Virus record (IMG/VR): IMGVR_UViG_3300005077_000064
Location: 1-34,423 of that record
Strand: one strand, 5' to 3'
DNA from: a virus
Lineage: Duplodnaviria > Caudoviricetes
DNA: 34,423 nt
Below, piece by piece: positions 16,670 to 26,230 of the stretch (positions are counted from its first letter, which is position 1; every line of letters starts with the position of its first letter). The position numbers were made by a program, and so were the translations under genes. The notes beneath the pieces are model-generated. The model saw nothing but the letters and a program-made list of their open reading frames with translations, did no database searches and was not told the origin of the DNA.

Positions 16670-17107
16670 ATGCCCGGAACGATGCTTAGTGATGGCTTCT
16701 CGACAACGGTGACTCTCTCGACGAGTGATGTCACCTTCATCGAGGAGACGAAGGTGAAGCCCATTGGGGTCGACGGGGGCGATCCGATCCCTCGCACCAC
16801 GATGCTCAACTCGGCCTATCGGACGCAGAAGCCGCCGACGCTGAAGGGGCATACGTCCCTGAAGATGACGGTCCGCTACGATCCTCAGGTCTTGACCGAG
16901 ATTCACGCGGCGGTGAATGTCAATCAGTCGATCGTGCTCTCTCATCCCGACGGGCAGACCTGGACCTTCTGGGGCTGGCTGAAGTCCTTCGAGCCCAACG
17001 ACAACGAGGAGGGAGCGGAGGTCACCGCAGAGGTCGAATTCATCGTCTCGAATCTCAACGGATCGGATGTGGAGACGGCCCCCGTCCGGGCCGCGGCCCC
17101 GACTTAG
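16670..17107 (+). CDS. Major tail tube protein
   Basis: 145 aa, AAGGAGG RBS, PDGQTWTFWGWLKSF motif, followed by a terminator and chaperone genes. Confidence 0.85.
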   Translation: MPGTMLSDGFSTTVTLSTSDVTFIEETKVKPIGVDGGDPIPRTTMLNSAYRTQKPPTLKGHTSLKMTVRYDPQVLTEIHAAVNVNQSIVLSHPDGQTWTFWGWLKSFEPNDNEEGAEVTAEVEFIVSNLNGSDVETAPVRAAAPT

Positions 17108-17128
17108 AAGTGAGCTGTCTCTGGGTGG

Positions 17129-17179
17129 CCCCGCCCCGTTGAGAGAGGAGAGATTCTATCTCAGCGGGAGCGGGGTTTT
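17129..17179 (+). terminator. Intrinsic terminator after the tail tube gene
   Basis: ccccgccccgttgaga pairs with tctcagcgggagcgggg (one bulge, one G-U), followed by TTTT. Confidence 0.7.
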
Positions 17180-17226
17180 CCCAGATAGAATAGTTTCGTT
17201 TTTCAAAACCCAGAGGAGTAGAAGAG

Positions 17227-17697
17227 ATGGACGAGAACGAAGATCAGGTGGTGGTGAAGAGAGAGGAAGCTTTCCTCGACATTGACTTGGGGATGGCTCT
17301 CTTCCCCGTTTTTCTGCGAGATCCGAAGACGGGAGAGCGGAAAGGATTCGCTCTGCAGGAACTCGGCGGCCCGGACCGCGACGCCTACATGAACGATATC
17401 TCCTCCCGCATGCGATATGACGGGAAGGGGAATCCGGCAGGGATGAAGAACTTTACGAACTTCCAAGCCTCCGTCATCACTCGGGGATTCTTCGAGGCGA
17501 GCCTCGTCGAGGACGAGGCCGTCGATCCCTCGACGGGAGAGAGGAGCTCGGTCATCCGAGTCGAATCTCTTGGCAAGAAGGTTCCCGAATCGCAGATTCG
17601 TCTCTACCCGGGACGAGTTCAAAAGGCCCTTTTCGACAAGCTGATGGAAATCAGCGGCCTGACGGAGAGAGCGGAAGAGCTCGCAAAAAACGACTGA
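17227..17697 (+). CDS. Tail assembly chaperone (gpG-like)
   Basis: 156 aa between tube and tape measure, ending ...EELAKND with a slippery site. Confidence 0.85.
   Translation: MDENEDQVVVKREEAFLDIDLGMALFPVFLRDPKTGERKGFALQELGGPDRDAYMNDISSRMRYDGKGNPAGMKNFTNFQASVITRGFFEASLVEDEAVDPSTGERSSVIRVESLGKKVPESQIRLYPGRVQKALFDKLMEISGLTERAEELAKND
17685..17691 (+). promoter_or_regulatory. Programmed -1 ribosomal frameshift site A AAA AAC
   Basis: In-frame X XXY YYZ heptamer two codons before the gpG stop. The -1 frame is open to 18149. Confidence 0.88.
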
Positions 17698-18149
17698 AGC
17701 GGGGAGAAGAGGGACTTTGGTTCGATCTCGCCGAACGCTTAGGGATGAGCGTTCGGCGATGCAAGGCCGAAGTCTCTTCTTTCGAGTTCATCTGCTGGCG
17801 AGTCCATCTTCGGGAGAAACTCCAAGAGCCCACGACCGAGCATCATTACTTGGCGAGAATCGCCTTTGCCATTCGGGAATTCCACTACGCATTCTCGAAG
17901 GGAGGAAAGAGGCCGAAGTTCTCAGATTGCTTGGTCAAGTTCGAGAAGGGAGGGACGAAGAAGATCGCTCCCGAAGAGATGACCGAAGAGCAAAAGCAGA
18001 GGATCATCGACGCATCGAAGGCCAGATGGTCAGCGATCTTCTCCCCGATAGTGAACGCCATCGAAGCGAGGAAGAAGAAGAAGGAGAAGCAGAATGTTGG
18101 AACTCGAGAGACTCCTAGTCCGCCTTATGATGGATGCGACTCAATATGA
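17691..18149 (+). CDS. gpT-like frameshift extension of the tail chaperone (G-T fusion)
   Basis: The -1 frame reads RLKRGEEGLWFDLAERLGMSVRRCKAEVSSFEFICW, the typical LA..LG..V......SS.EF..W pattern. Confidence 0.82.
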   Translation, partial: RLKRGEEGLWFDLAERLGMSVRRCKAEVSSFEFICWRVHLREKLQEPTTEHHYLARIAFAIREFHYAFSKGGKRPKFSDCLVKFEKGGTKKIAPEEMTEEQKQRIIDASKARWSAIFSPIVNAIEARKKKKEKQNVGTRETPSPPYDGCDSI

Positions 18150-21100
18150 TCGCATGGTCGCCTCGGTGGAGAGGAAGACGACGGCCGCCGCGAAGAAGAT
18201 TGCCTCTCTAGGCACTAAACTTTCGATGGCCTTCACGGTCCCTCTGCTGGGATTTGCAGCGACCTCCATATGGGCCTTCGCCTCGTTCGATGCCGCCATG
18301 ACTAACTCCCTCTCCATTATGAGAGGGATCACTCCAGAGATTCGCAAAGAGATGGAAAGGACTGCCATCTCTTTGTCGAATCAAGGGACGAAGACCGCGA
18401 CGGAGCTCGCGGAATCCTACTACTTCCTAGCTTCTGCTGGGATGACCGCTCGCCAATCTATCGCTGCGATGCCCATTATGACGAGATTCGCGGCCGCTGG
18501 TAATTTTGGGATGGCGAAAGCGACGGATCTTCTTACCGATGCTCTCACTGCCTCCGGCTTTGCCATCGACGAGACTGGGGAGAGCCTCTCGAAGTTGGGA
18601 GATCACATCCTTCTCGCTTCGATCCAAGCGAATGCGACGGCAGAGCAATTCGCAATCTCTCTCATCAGTGATGCGGGAACCGCCGCCCATAATTTCGGGA
18701 TGGAAATCGAAACGACGATGGCTCTCTTGGGAGCCTATGCTTCATCTGGGCAGAAGGCCGAGGAATCGGGCAACGCTCTGGGAAGGGCGATCCGTCTTCT
18801 CACTTCTGCCTATCGGTCGCATGGGGAGGCTTTCAAGGTTTATGGAGTGGACGTCGTCGATGAGGCGACGGGGAAATATCGCAATTTCATCGACATCATC
18901 GCGGACCTAGAGAATGGAGTCGGGAAGCTTCCTCCGGCGATGAGGGACTCGGCTCTTGAAATGATGGGCTTTGAGTCTCTCTCGCAGAAGGCGATTCTGC
19001 CTTTGATTGGTCTCTCTTCACAGATGAAGATCTGGGAGGCGGAGCAGAGGAAGGCTGCCGGGACGATGAAGGACGTCGCAGAGAAGCAGCTCTTGACTTT
19101 CTCGAAGCAGATGGCGATCACTAAGAACAAGATCACGAATATCTCAGTTGAGATCGGGCAGAGGCTCGTTCCGTTTCTGCAGAAATTGAACTCCACCCTT
19201 CAGCAAGGATTGGCGATGTGGGGGTCTCTCTCCGAAGCGACGAAGGATCAGATCTCTTTATACGGGGCGATTGCTGCCATCGTTGGTCCCGCTCTCATTG
19301 CCGTCGGGGCGGTGATCAAGCTTTCTGGGATGGCTTTGGCGGTGGTTGGTCTTCTCTTCCGTCCGATCGTCTTAGGAATCTCTCTGCTTTTGCGAGGCTT
19401 TCAAACTTTCTCGTCGGTCGGGTCTTCCTCTTTCTCAGTAATTGGGGCGGCGGCGAGTCGAGGGGCGGCGATAATGATCTCCGCTTATCAAACGGCTTCT
19501 TCTGTGGTCTCTTCTTCCTTCGTTCGGATGAGAGCCGCGGCCTTGACGATCCAGTCTGCCTATTCGAGAGGATTCGCGGCCTCTTCAACCGCCACTAAGG
19601 CTTTCGCGATCTCTGTTCTGCGGACTGGGCAGCTGATCCGGAATTCGATGGACCCCGCTTATCTAAAGGCATCGTGGGAGTCTTTCAAGATCTCTGCGAG
19701 TCGTTCGTTGAGAGGAGCTGAGATCGGAGTTTTGAAACTTTGGCGGACCATCCGCAATACTTTCTCTCCTGCTTATATGAAAGCCGTTTGGGATGGGTGG
19801 AGAGCCTCTGCGATTTCCTCCTTTGCTCAGATTCGAGCGGCCGGTCTCTCTACCGCTAGGACTCTGCGGACCAATTTTATGACGGTGATGGGGAGAGTCG
19901 GAGGGGCCGTCGGCGGATTGGCGATGGCAGGGGGGACTCTGGGAATGATGGGGATTGGTGGGGTCTTCGCTCCCATCCTTGCAATGGCTCCCCTCGCAAT
20001 CTCTTTGCTCGGATCTTTCGCCGGGGCGGCAGGGGCTCTCATTAGTCCCTTTGCTCTCATTACTGGGGCGGCGGTTCTAGGCGGGATCGCTTGGATGAAA
20101 TACTCCGGTGCTGGGCAGGAAGCCCTCGGCTCTCTAATGAAGGGATCGGAGGATTATCGGGCGATAGCCTCTGAGACTTTCTCCGGAGTAAAGGCGGCGC
20201 TCAAAGCAGGGGATCTCTCCTCTGCGGCTGCTATCGCTTGGGCTGGACTCAAGGCGGAATGGTATACGGGAATCGCCGATCTCTCTGAGAAATGGGGCTC
20301 CTATATTAAAGCGATCGTCGAATCCTTCGCGGGGGCGATGGCAGGAATTGGCGGTCTGTGGAATCAGACCGTTGATAAGCTATCGAAGAAGATGCTTGAG
20401 TTGGCGAGTCAGGAGGGAGTCTTAGGGGATGCGATGAGAGATCTGCTTGGCGTCGATCCCAGAAAGAGCACCGCCAACGCGACGATGAAGAACATGCAGA
20501 GATCCGCTCTCAGTGAGCAGATCCGCCAATGGGAAGAGATGATCCGAGTCGCAGAGGCTTCTGGGTCGAATGTGATCACGATGGGATCTCCCGACGATCC
20601 GATTCTCAGAACGATCGATGAGGTCCGCGGGTTCATTGCGGAGTCCCAAGGGAAGATGCAGACTGAAGGGTATGGGCTCTCTGCGGAGCAACTGGGGGTC
20701 GCTGATTCGATAGGCGTCTTAGAGGATATGACCGCCGCTCGGCAGGCCCTAATCGATCAGGCCGTCATGGGGACAATGGGCAGTCTCAACGGACTCGATC
20801 CGGAAGGACTGAGAGCCCAGGCGACCGAAGCGAGGAATGCGGTGGCGGGCTTGACTATGATGATCGGTTCGACAGGGAATCTCAAAGACAAATCGATTGC
20901 CTGCCAAGCCTCTGTCGATTCTCTCACTCAATCTCTGCAGAATCAAGTTCTCACCTATGGGATGAGTTCGACCGAGGCCGAGCTCCTCTCTCTCGAAATG
21001 CAGGGAGCGACGGTCGCTCAGCTGGCCCAAGCAAAGGCCCTCAATGAGACTCTGAAGGAGAGGGAGAAACTCAAGGATCTCGAATCAGAGGCAATGCAGA

Positions 21101-21642
21101 TCATCGAAGCGAACCTCACTCCAATGGAGAAATATAATAAGCAGCTAGAGAAGCTGCAGAAGATGACTCAGACCATCGGCGCTGATGGGCGGCCTCTCCT
21201 CGACTCGATGAACTATGCGAGAGCCCTCGATGCCGCGCAGAAGGAATTGGAAGAGGCCCAGAAGAATGCAGATGATGGAATCGTGGCGAAGTTCAAGGTC
21301 GATACCTCCGGGTTGAATGATGCCCGGACAGCGATGGATCAATTGCGATTCCTTCAAGCCCTGAACCAACCGACTTTGAAGGCAGAGGCATTGGGAGGGA
21401 TCTCCCCTCCCGCCATCGCCGGAGGTCCGGAGGCTGGATTGAATCTAGCTCCTGCTATTCCGATGCTCGAACCCATCGAACCGACTTCTATGAGTGGGCC
21501 GGAGGATTTAGTAGATATCTCTCCGATGGTCGATGCTCTCTCTGACATTCGGGATGGGATCGAAATGGTCGCAGAGAATACGAACCCGGATAAGAGGGAA
21601 GAGCCCGTGATCTTCCAACCCCTCGGTCTGAGACATTCATAG
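18094..21642 (+). CDS. Tape measure protein (TP901-like core)
   Basis: 1182 aa, Ala/Gly-rich helical, with ELAESYYFLASAG and hydrophobic central segments. AAGGAG RBS. A 38-aa periodic segment starts at 19636, 19750 and 19864. Confidence 0.95.
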   Translation: MLELERLLVRLMMDATQYDRMVASVERKTTAAAKKIASLGTKLSMAFTVPLLGFAATSIWAFASFDAAMTNSLSIMRGITPEIRKEMERTAISLSNQGTKTATELAESYYFLASAGMTARQSIAAMPIMTRFAAAGNFGMAKATDLLTDALTASGFAIDETGESLSKLGDHILLASIQANATAEQFAISLISDAGTAAHNFGMEIETTMALLGAYASSGQKAEESGNALGRAIRLLTSAYRSHGEAFKVYGVDVVDEATGKYRNFIDIIADLENGVGKLPPAMRDSALEMMGFESLSQKAILPLIGLSSQMKIWEAEQRKAAGTMKDVAEKQLLTFSKQMAITKNKITNISVEIGQRLVPFLQKLNSTLQQGLAMWGSLSEATKDQISLYGAIAAIVGPALIAVGAVIKLSGMALAVVGLLFRPIVLGISLLLRGFQTFSSVGSSSFSVIGAAASRGAAIMISAYQTASSVVSSSFVRMRAAALTIQSAYSRGFAASSTATKAFAISVLRTGQLIRNSMDPAYLKASWESFKISASRSLRGAEIGVLKLWRTIRNTFSPAYMKAVWDGWRASAISSFAQIRAAGLSTARTLRTNFMTVMGRVGGAVGGLAMAGGTLGMMGIGGVFAPILAMAPLAISLLGSFAGAAGALISPFALITGAAVLGGIAWMKYSGAGQEALGSLMKGSEDYRAIASETFSGVKAALKAGDLSSAAAIAWAGLKAEWYTGIADLSEKWGSYIKAIVESFAGAMAGIGGLWNQTVDKLSKKMLELASQEGVLGDAMRDLLGVDPRKSTANATMKNMQRSALSEQIRQWEEMIRVAEASGSNVITMGSPDDPILRTIDEVRGFIAESQGKMQTEGYGLSAEQLGVADSIGVLEDMTAARQALIDQAVMGTMGSLNGLDPEGLRAQATEARNAVAGLTMMIGSTGNLKDKSIACQASVDSLTQSLQNQVLTYGMSSTEAELLSLEMQGATVAQLAQAKALNETLKEREKLKDLESEAMQIIEANLTPMEKYNKQLEKLQKMTQTIGADGRPLLDSMNYARALDAAQKELEEAQKNADDGIVAKFKVDTSGLNDARTAMDQLRFLQALNQPTLKAEALGGISPPAIAGGPEAGLNLAPAIPMLEPIEPTSMSGPEDLVDISPMVDALSDIRDGIEMVAENTNPDKREEPVIFQPLGLRHS

Positions 21643-21659
21643 AAGAGGAGAATTCTTAG

Positions 21660-22583
21660 ATGAGCGTGACTCTCGTTGGCAGGATGTATTGGGCGGGCGA
21701 TAGGGATGACGAAGGACATCGGGAATATGTTCTGCGGACTCTCCTAGAGTCGAATGATCCCGTAGACGATGGGCCGGAATCGGTGATGTCCTATCTTGAC
21801 TCCATCATCCCTATTGGGACTCTCTGGACCTTCGGGAATGACGGAGACTGGGCCTATTGCACTCCCAGATTGAAAGTTACTCAAAGGGGCCCTGACGACG
21901 AGCCGAAGCAGCAATGGATTGCGGAGCAGATCTTCTCTACTCGTCCGATGTGGAGATGTCAGACCGCTTCTATCGAGAGCCCTCTCCTAGAGCCCGTCCG
22001 CTTCGGCGGATCTTTTCTCAAAGAGAAGAGGCAGGCTTTCTTCGACAAGGACGGAGATCCTCTAAAGACCTCTTCTCTTGAACCCGTCCCCGGAGCGCAG
22101 AGAGATAATTCTCTGCCTACGGTTTGGGTCGAGCAGAACCATGCGACGAATCTCATCGGGACTCTAGCTCCCATGATGGACAATCTCAATGATGCGACGA
22201 TGTGGGGCCTCCCCGCTCGCTGCTGGAAATTGCAGCAGGCCACTTGGGAGAGGAAGTGGTATGGCCTCTGCTCGGTTTATTATACGACTCGCCTTGAATT
22301 CGCGGCGAATTGCTATGATGATCCGGAGAACCCAGGCACTCTCATTTCTGGATGGGATGAGCAGAGGCCCGATGTTGGAACTCGAGTCCTCGATGACGGA
22401 GGAGACCCAAGCAATCCGCAGGACTTCGCGAAGTATAAGGACAAGAGAGGAGAGAACGATTCCGTCTATCTCGATGGAAGTGGAAACGCAGTCGATGATA
22501 TCGCGGATGCAGCGAAGATCGATTGTCTCTATTACCCGGAAACGAACTTCTTCACTATCACTTGGCTGCCTGTGAGTCTATAG
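21660..22583 (+). CDS. Tail tip protein (distal tail/hub position)
   Basis: 307 aa, Trp/Asp-rich, first gene after the tape measure. The call is positional. Confidence 0.6.
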   Translation: MSVTLVGRMYWAGDRDDEGHREYVLRTLLESNDPVDDGPESVMSYLDSIIPIGTLWTFGNDGDWAYCTPRLKVTQRGPDDEPKQQWIAEQIFSTRPMWRCQTASIESPLLEPVRFGGSFLKEKRQAFFDKDGDPLKTSSLEPVPGAQRDNSLPTVWVEQNHATNLIGTLAPMMDNLNDATMWGLPARCWKLQQATWERKWYGLCSVYYTTRLEFAANCYDDPENPGTLISGWDEQRPDVGTRVLDDGGDPSNPQDFAKYKDKRGENDSVYLDGSGNAVDDIADAAKIDCLYYPETNFFTITWLPVSL

Positions 22584-22593
22584 GAGAGATCCC

Positions 22594-23103
22594 ATGCGAG
22601 AGCGAAATTTGGTCCGCATCCCAGAAGAAGAGATTCCCGAACCTCCCGTCGTCTTGGAGAGAGGGGAGATCAAAGGAAAGGCCCGGAAGGTTAGGCAGAG
22701 ACCGCCAAAGGCCCTCGACGGATGGGATCGACTGACTCTCTCCTTCGACGCAATTCACCAGCAGGGAGGAGAGCCTCCGCAAGCGATCCCTCACGCGGTT
22801 GCTCAGCTTCATTTAGAGAAGAAGGAGCAACCCTACTTTCGCAAGATCAAAGTCGCCTCTTTCTGGCAGAGGGTCAATCTCGAATGGCTCTCCGAATCGG
22901 CCGGCCTCCTAGTGATCGTCAACTCGAGTGACTCAACGATCTTCGTTCGCTTCTCTATTGCGGAAGGCCCCGCGCTCTCCATTCCTCCGAAGTGCCCGCA
23001 GCCCCTCTTCCTCTCGAAGAATGCAGACGGGATTACTCCGGTCTATCTCAACTCTCTATCGGCAGAGCCCTTCGAGATCTGGGTCTATGCCTTCCCTCGA
23101 TAG
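22594..23103 (+). CDS. Hypothetical tail-region protein
   Basis: 169 aa, AGGAG RBS, beta-rich C-terminal half. Confidence 0.65.
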   Translation: MRERNLVRIPEEEIPEPPVVLERGEIKGKARKVRQRPPKALDGWDRLTLSFDAIHQQGGEPPQAIPHAVAQLHLEKKEQPYFRKIKVASFWQRVNLEWLSESAGLLVIVNSSDSTIFVRFSIAEGPALSIPPKCPQPLFLSKNADGITPVYLNSLSAEPFEIWVYAFPR

Positions 23104-23110
23104 GTGAACC

Positions 23111-23542
23111 ATGGTGAAGCCCAAAGTAGCGATCTATGTCGACGAGGACGACGCGAGGATTCTCAAAGAGTTTTTGAGAGAACTCCGCTCTCTCAAAGCT
23201 GGGAATAAAGAGAGCCCTCAACCAGAGATCACGCAGGCCCCTCATGGCATCGTCGCCTTCAGCCCTTCGGGAGGAATTCCAAAGGCCGACGACGTGAATC
23301 TCATCGTCTATGGGGCTCTCTGTGATATGTATCGAGAGGTCGCCGTCCCCGGGTATTCTGATCGGAAGCAATTGCAGAAGATCACTAAGCCGAACGGATC
23401 TGCCTGGCAACAGATGATCTTTCATCTCGATTCGAGCACTGATGTCGGAGGATCGAAGCCTCTAATCACTTTCCCGACGAAATGGGGAACTCGATTTGTT
23501 CTATGGGAAGCCTGCTCCGAATGGGACTACTACGGATACTGA
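23111..23542 (+). CDS. Hypothetical tail-region protein
   Basis: 143 aa, AGGTG RBS, tightly packed in the operon. Confidence 0.68.
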   Translation: MVKPKVAIYVDEDDARILKEFLRELRSLKAGNKESPQPEITQAPHGIVAFSPSGGIPKADDVNLIVYGALCDMYREVAVPGYSDRKQLQKITKPNGSAWQQMIFHLDSSTDVGGSKPLITFPTKWGTRFVLWEACSEWDYYGY

Positions 23543-23545
23543 GAG

Positions 23546-26230
23546 ATGAAGAAGAATCAGCCCGGCTGTCCTTGTTGCGATGAGATCTGCCTAATTGATC
23601 GATTCACTGCGGAGGAGGAGATCTCCTCCCAGACGATTCGATCCTCCTTGCATCCCCAATTTCCTTACCCTACCTGGATGCAAGCGGAGGTCAGCGCCTC
23701 TTCTTCCTCTTCGATCTCTCTCCTCTTGGTATGGGGCGATTCCGATGGGCTCTACGTCGAGTTCACTCCGCAAAATGGGTCGACGAATGGAACTCTAAAG
23801 CTCTTTCGTCGAGGCGGGGATCAGATCGGATCGACTCGCCAACTCATCTGCGCCGACCAAGAGCTTTGGCATAGGATCACGATCTGCGTCGATACCGACA
23901 CGAATGAATTCACAGCTTGGTTCGATGCGAGAGATGAGAGAGGGTGGATCGTCCGCGGGCAGGGAGTGACTGGGACTATCCCTTCTGGCTTCGTCCCCGG
24001 CGATCAATTCGGCTATGACGGGACGGGATCGATTCGCAGATACAGGGTCGATCGTCTCTGGTATTATGGGGACTTGGGGACTGAGGAGATCTGCTGCGTC
24101 CCCTCTATTGTCGAGACTCAGAAGGGGCAGGAGGGAGTCGCTGGAAGTCTGGCCTCTTGGGAGATCTCTTTCTCTACGACGGGGGTCTTTCAAATTCAGG
24201 TCGAAGACCCCGATCTGCCGGGGAACTACTTCATTCAAGGGTTCTCTTATGAGGGGAATGCCTCTGCGACTCTCGCGGAGATCGTGGAGACCATCAACGA
24301 ATACTTCACTACTTCTGCCTTCTCTTCTTCTGGGGCGATTCTCTATTGCGAAGGGGAGATGAGCGAGAATTCAGTGACGGAGATCTCTGGGCCCGTCAGC
24401 GTTGAAAATCTTACGACGGGAGGAGATGAGCAGGAAGCCGCCAACGAAATTCAGACCATCGCTCCTCCCTCTGCCCGATGCGCTTATTGCCTTATCTTCG
24501 GAGGGCAGCAGACTTCTTTGATCACTGAGGAGATGACGGCCGCGGAGATCCAAGAGGAGCTAGAGGCTCTCTCGTCTATCGGCTCTGGGAATGTCTCCGT
24601 CTCGGGAGATCCTGGCGGACCCTTCATCGTCGAGTTCATTGGATCTCTAGCAGAGACTGATGTCTCTCTTCTCTCTGCTTTAGAAGAGGATGAATGCCTT
24701 CCCTGCGGAAGTTATGCTGGGGATTATGGAGATTGCCCTAAGACCTATTGCCGATCTTGCCTCGCTCCCTCCTGCGATGTAGTAGATGAGCGATTTGAGA
24801 ATATCGACGAGACGGGAGGGTATGGTCCGATGCCTTGCGGATGGGACTCTGCGGGGACGGACTGGGAAGTGATCGACGGGGAAGCGACGGGGAACGGATC
24901 TATCTCCCACGAATTCGATTCGACGGGAGGGAGCTATATAGTTCAAGCTACTTTCTCTCTGGGCCATTTAGAGACGATCGGAGATTCCGTTTCGGCCTCT
25001 CTCACTCATGGGAGCGGGACTCATTCGATCACCGTTACTCGTCTTGCGGGAGATGACCCGGAGAGCCCCGATCAATATCTCATCGAATGGAATCACGCGG
25101 GCTTCTCCTCCTATTACTCCGAGACCTTTCCCGCAGAAATCACTCTTCGAGTCTGCCCCTATCTTATCTGCTCGAATCTCGTTCAGACGATCGTTGAGAG
25201 CGTCGTCACTCCGGGTGAGATTTCCGTTTCTATCACGCAGCCGACTCTCTCTGGGCATGAGGACGCCTCTCTGCTCTCCTTCAACATTCAGAGGTCGAAG
25301 GAGATGGACGATTCCTGCGACGAATGCCAATGCACGACGGAATGCGCCGATCACTGCGTTGATTCTCTCTGGCCTTCCTCTTGGCTCGTCGAGCTCTCCG
25401 GTTTTGAGAATTGGTGCGGAGGGGCTGCCGGGATGAATGGGGGCTATTATGCCTCTCGCTATTCTTCTAGCTGCCACTCCTATGGATTCGGGGACGATGG
25501 GCAGGGGGCTTGCGGAGAAGATCTCTATACGGGAGGAGATCCTCTCGTTCCTTTCTCTGGGGCCGTCCCGAATAATCCGCTTTGGGAAGGGATTGTTGTT
25601 TCTGGGCCTCTGGGAGTTCGTCATGCTGGGTGGCTCTTGAAAAGCGGGTGCGATCTTGATTGGTCCGCTTATGGGCAGTCCATTGCCGACGGAACCTATA
25701 CTTTCTATGATCTGATTCCTGCGGGGCATAAAGAGACGGTCGGAGAAGATGATCTCTATTATGTAGTCCGGGTCGACGTCCAGCTAATTCCGAATACCGT
25801 GGGGACGGAACTAAATAACGAATTCTCCTCATGGGATCTCATCCAGCCATCCCCTTCTTCATCAGTCCCCGGTGATCCCGATAGAGCGACCCATGCCATC
25901 ATGGTCACCGTCACTCGTCTTTCCGTCCTTGCTATTCAGAACGGAGGCCTTTTCTCTCTCACTTGGGAGATCGGAATTCATTCGACGAGTCTCGTCTTCG
26001 GCAGAAAATATCGAGGGGTCTCTGATTGCGTCAATCTCACTGATGAGGAGATGTACTTTCTCTATGGGTATGATAGCGGGTCTCGGTATATTCAAGACCC
26101 GAACTTTGATTGCGGGGCTCTCTCTTCTCCGCAATGGGCCTTCTTCGGAGGAAAGGGAGAACATCCTCTCTTCTCGACAGGGTTCCACTACTTTGATTCT
26201 GAAGCCTCTTTGAAAATCACCGCGCTATGA
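23546..26230 (+). CDS. Cys-rich, acidic multidomain tail/receptor-binding protein
   Basis: Starts MKKNQPGCPCC. Cys clusters (CPKTYCRSC, CDECQCTTECADHC) separate beta-rich domains. Contains an NEIQTI...GNVSVSGDPGGPFIVEFIGSL module. Confidence 0.7.
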   Translation: MKKNQPGCPCCDEICLIDRFTAEEEISSQTIRSSLHPQFPYPTWMQAEVSASSSSSISLLLVWGDSDGLYVEFTPQNGSTNGTLKLFRRGGDQIGSTRQLICADQELWHRITICVDTDTNEFTAWFDARDERGWIVRGQGVTGTIPSGFVPGDQFGYDGTGSIRRYRVDRLWYYGDLGTEEICCVPSIVETQKGQEGVAGSLASWEISFSTTGVFQIQVEDPDLPGNYFIQGFSYEGNASATLAEIVETINEYFTTSAFSSSGAILYCEGEMSENSVTEISGPVSVENLTTGGDEQEAANEIQTIAPPSARCAYCLIFGGQQTSLITEEMTAAEIQEELEALSSIGSGNVSVSGDPGGPFIVEFIGSLAETDVSLLSALEEDECLPCGSYAGDYGDCPKTYCRSCLAPSCDVVDERFENIDETGGYGPMPCGWDSAGTDWEVIDGEATGNGSISHEFDSTGGSYIVQATFSLGHLETIGDSVSASLTHGSGTHSITVTRLAGDDPESPDQYLIEWNHAGFSSYYSETFPAEITLRVCPYLICSNLVQTIVESVVTPGEISVSITQPTLSGHEDASLLSFNIQRSKEMDDSCDECQCTTECADHCVDSLWPSSWLVELSGFENWCGGAAGMNGGYYASRYSSSCHSYGFGDDGQGACGEDLYTGGDPLVPFSGAVPNNPLWEGIVVSGPLGVRHAGWLLKSGCDLDWSAYGQSIADGTYTFYDLIPAGHKETVGEDDLYYVVRVDVQLIPNTVGTELNNEFSSWDLIQPSPSSSVPGDPDRATHAIMVTVTRLSVLAIQNGGLFSLTWEIGIHSTSLVFGRKYRGVSDCVNLTDEEMYFLYGYDSGSRYIQDPNFDCGALSSPQWAFFGGKGEHPLFSTGFHYFDSEASLKITAL

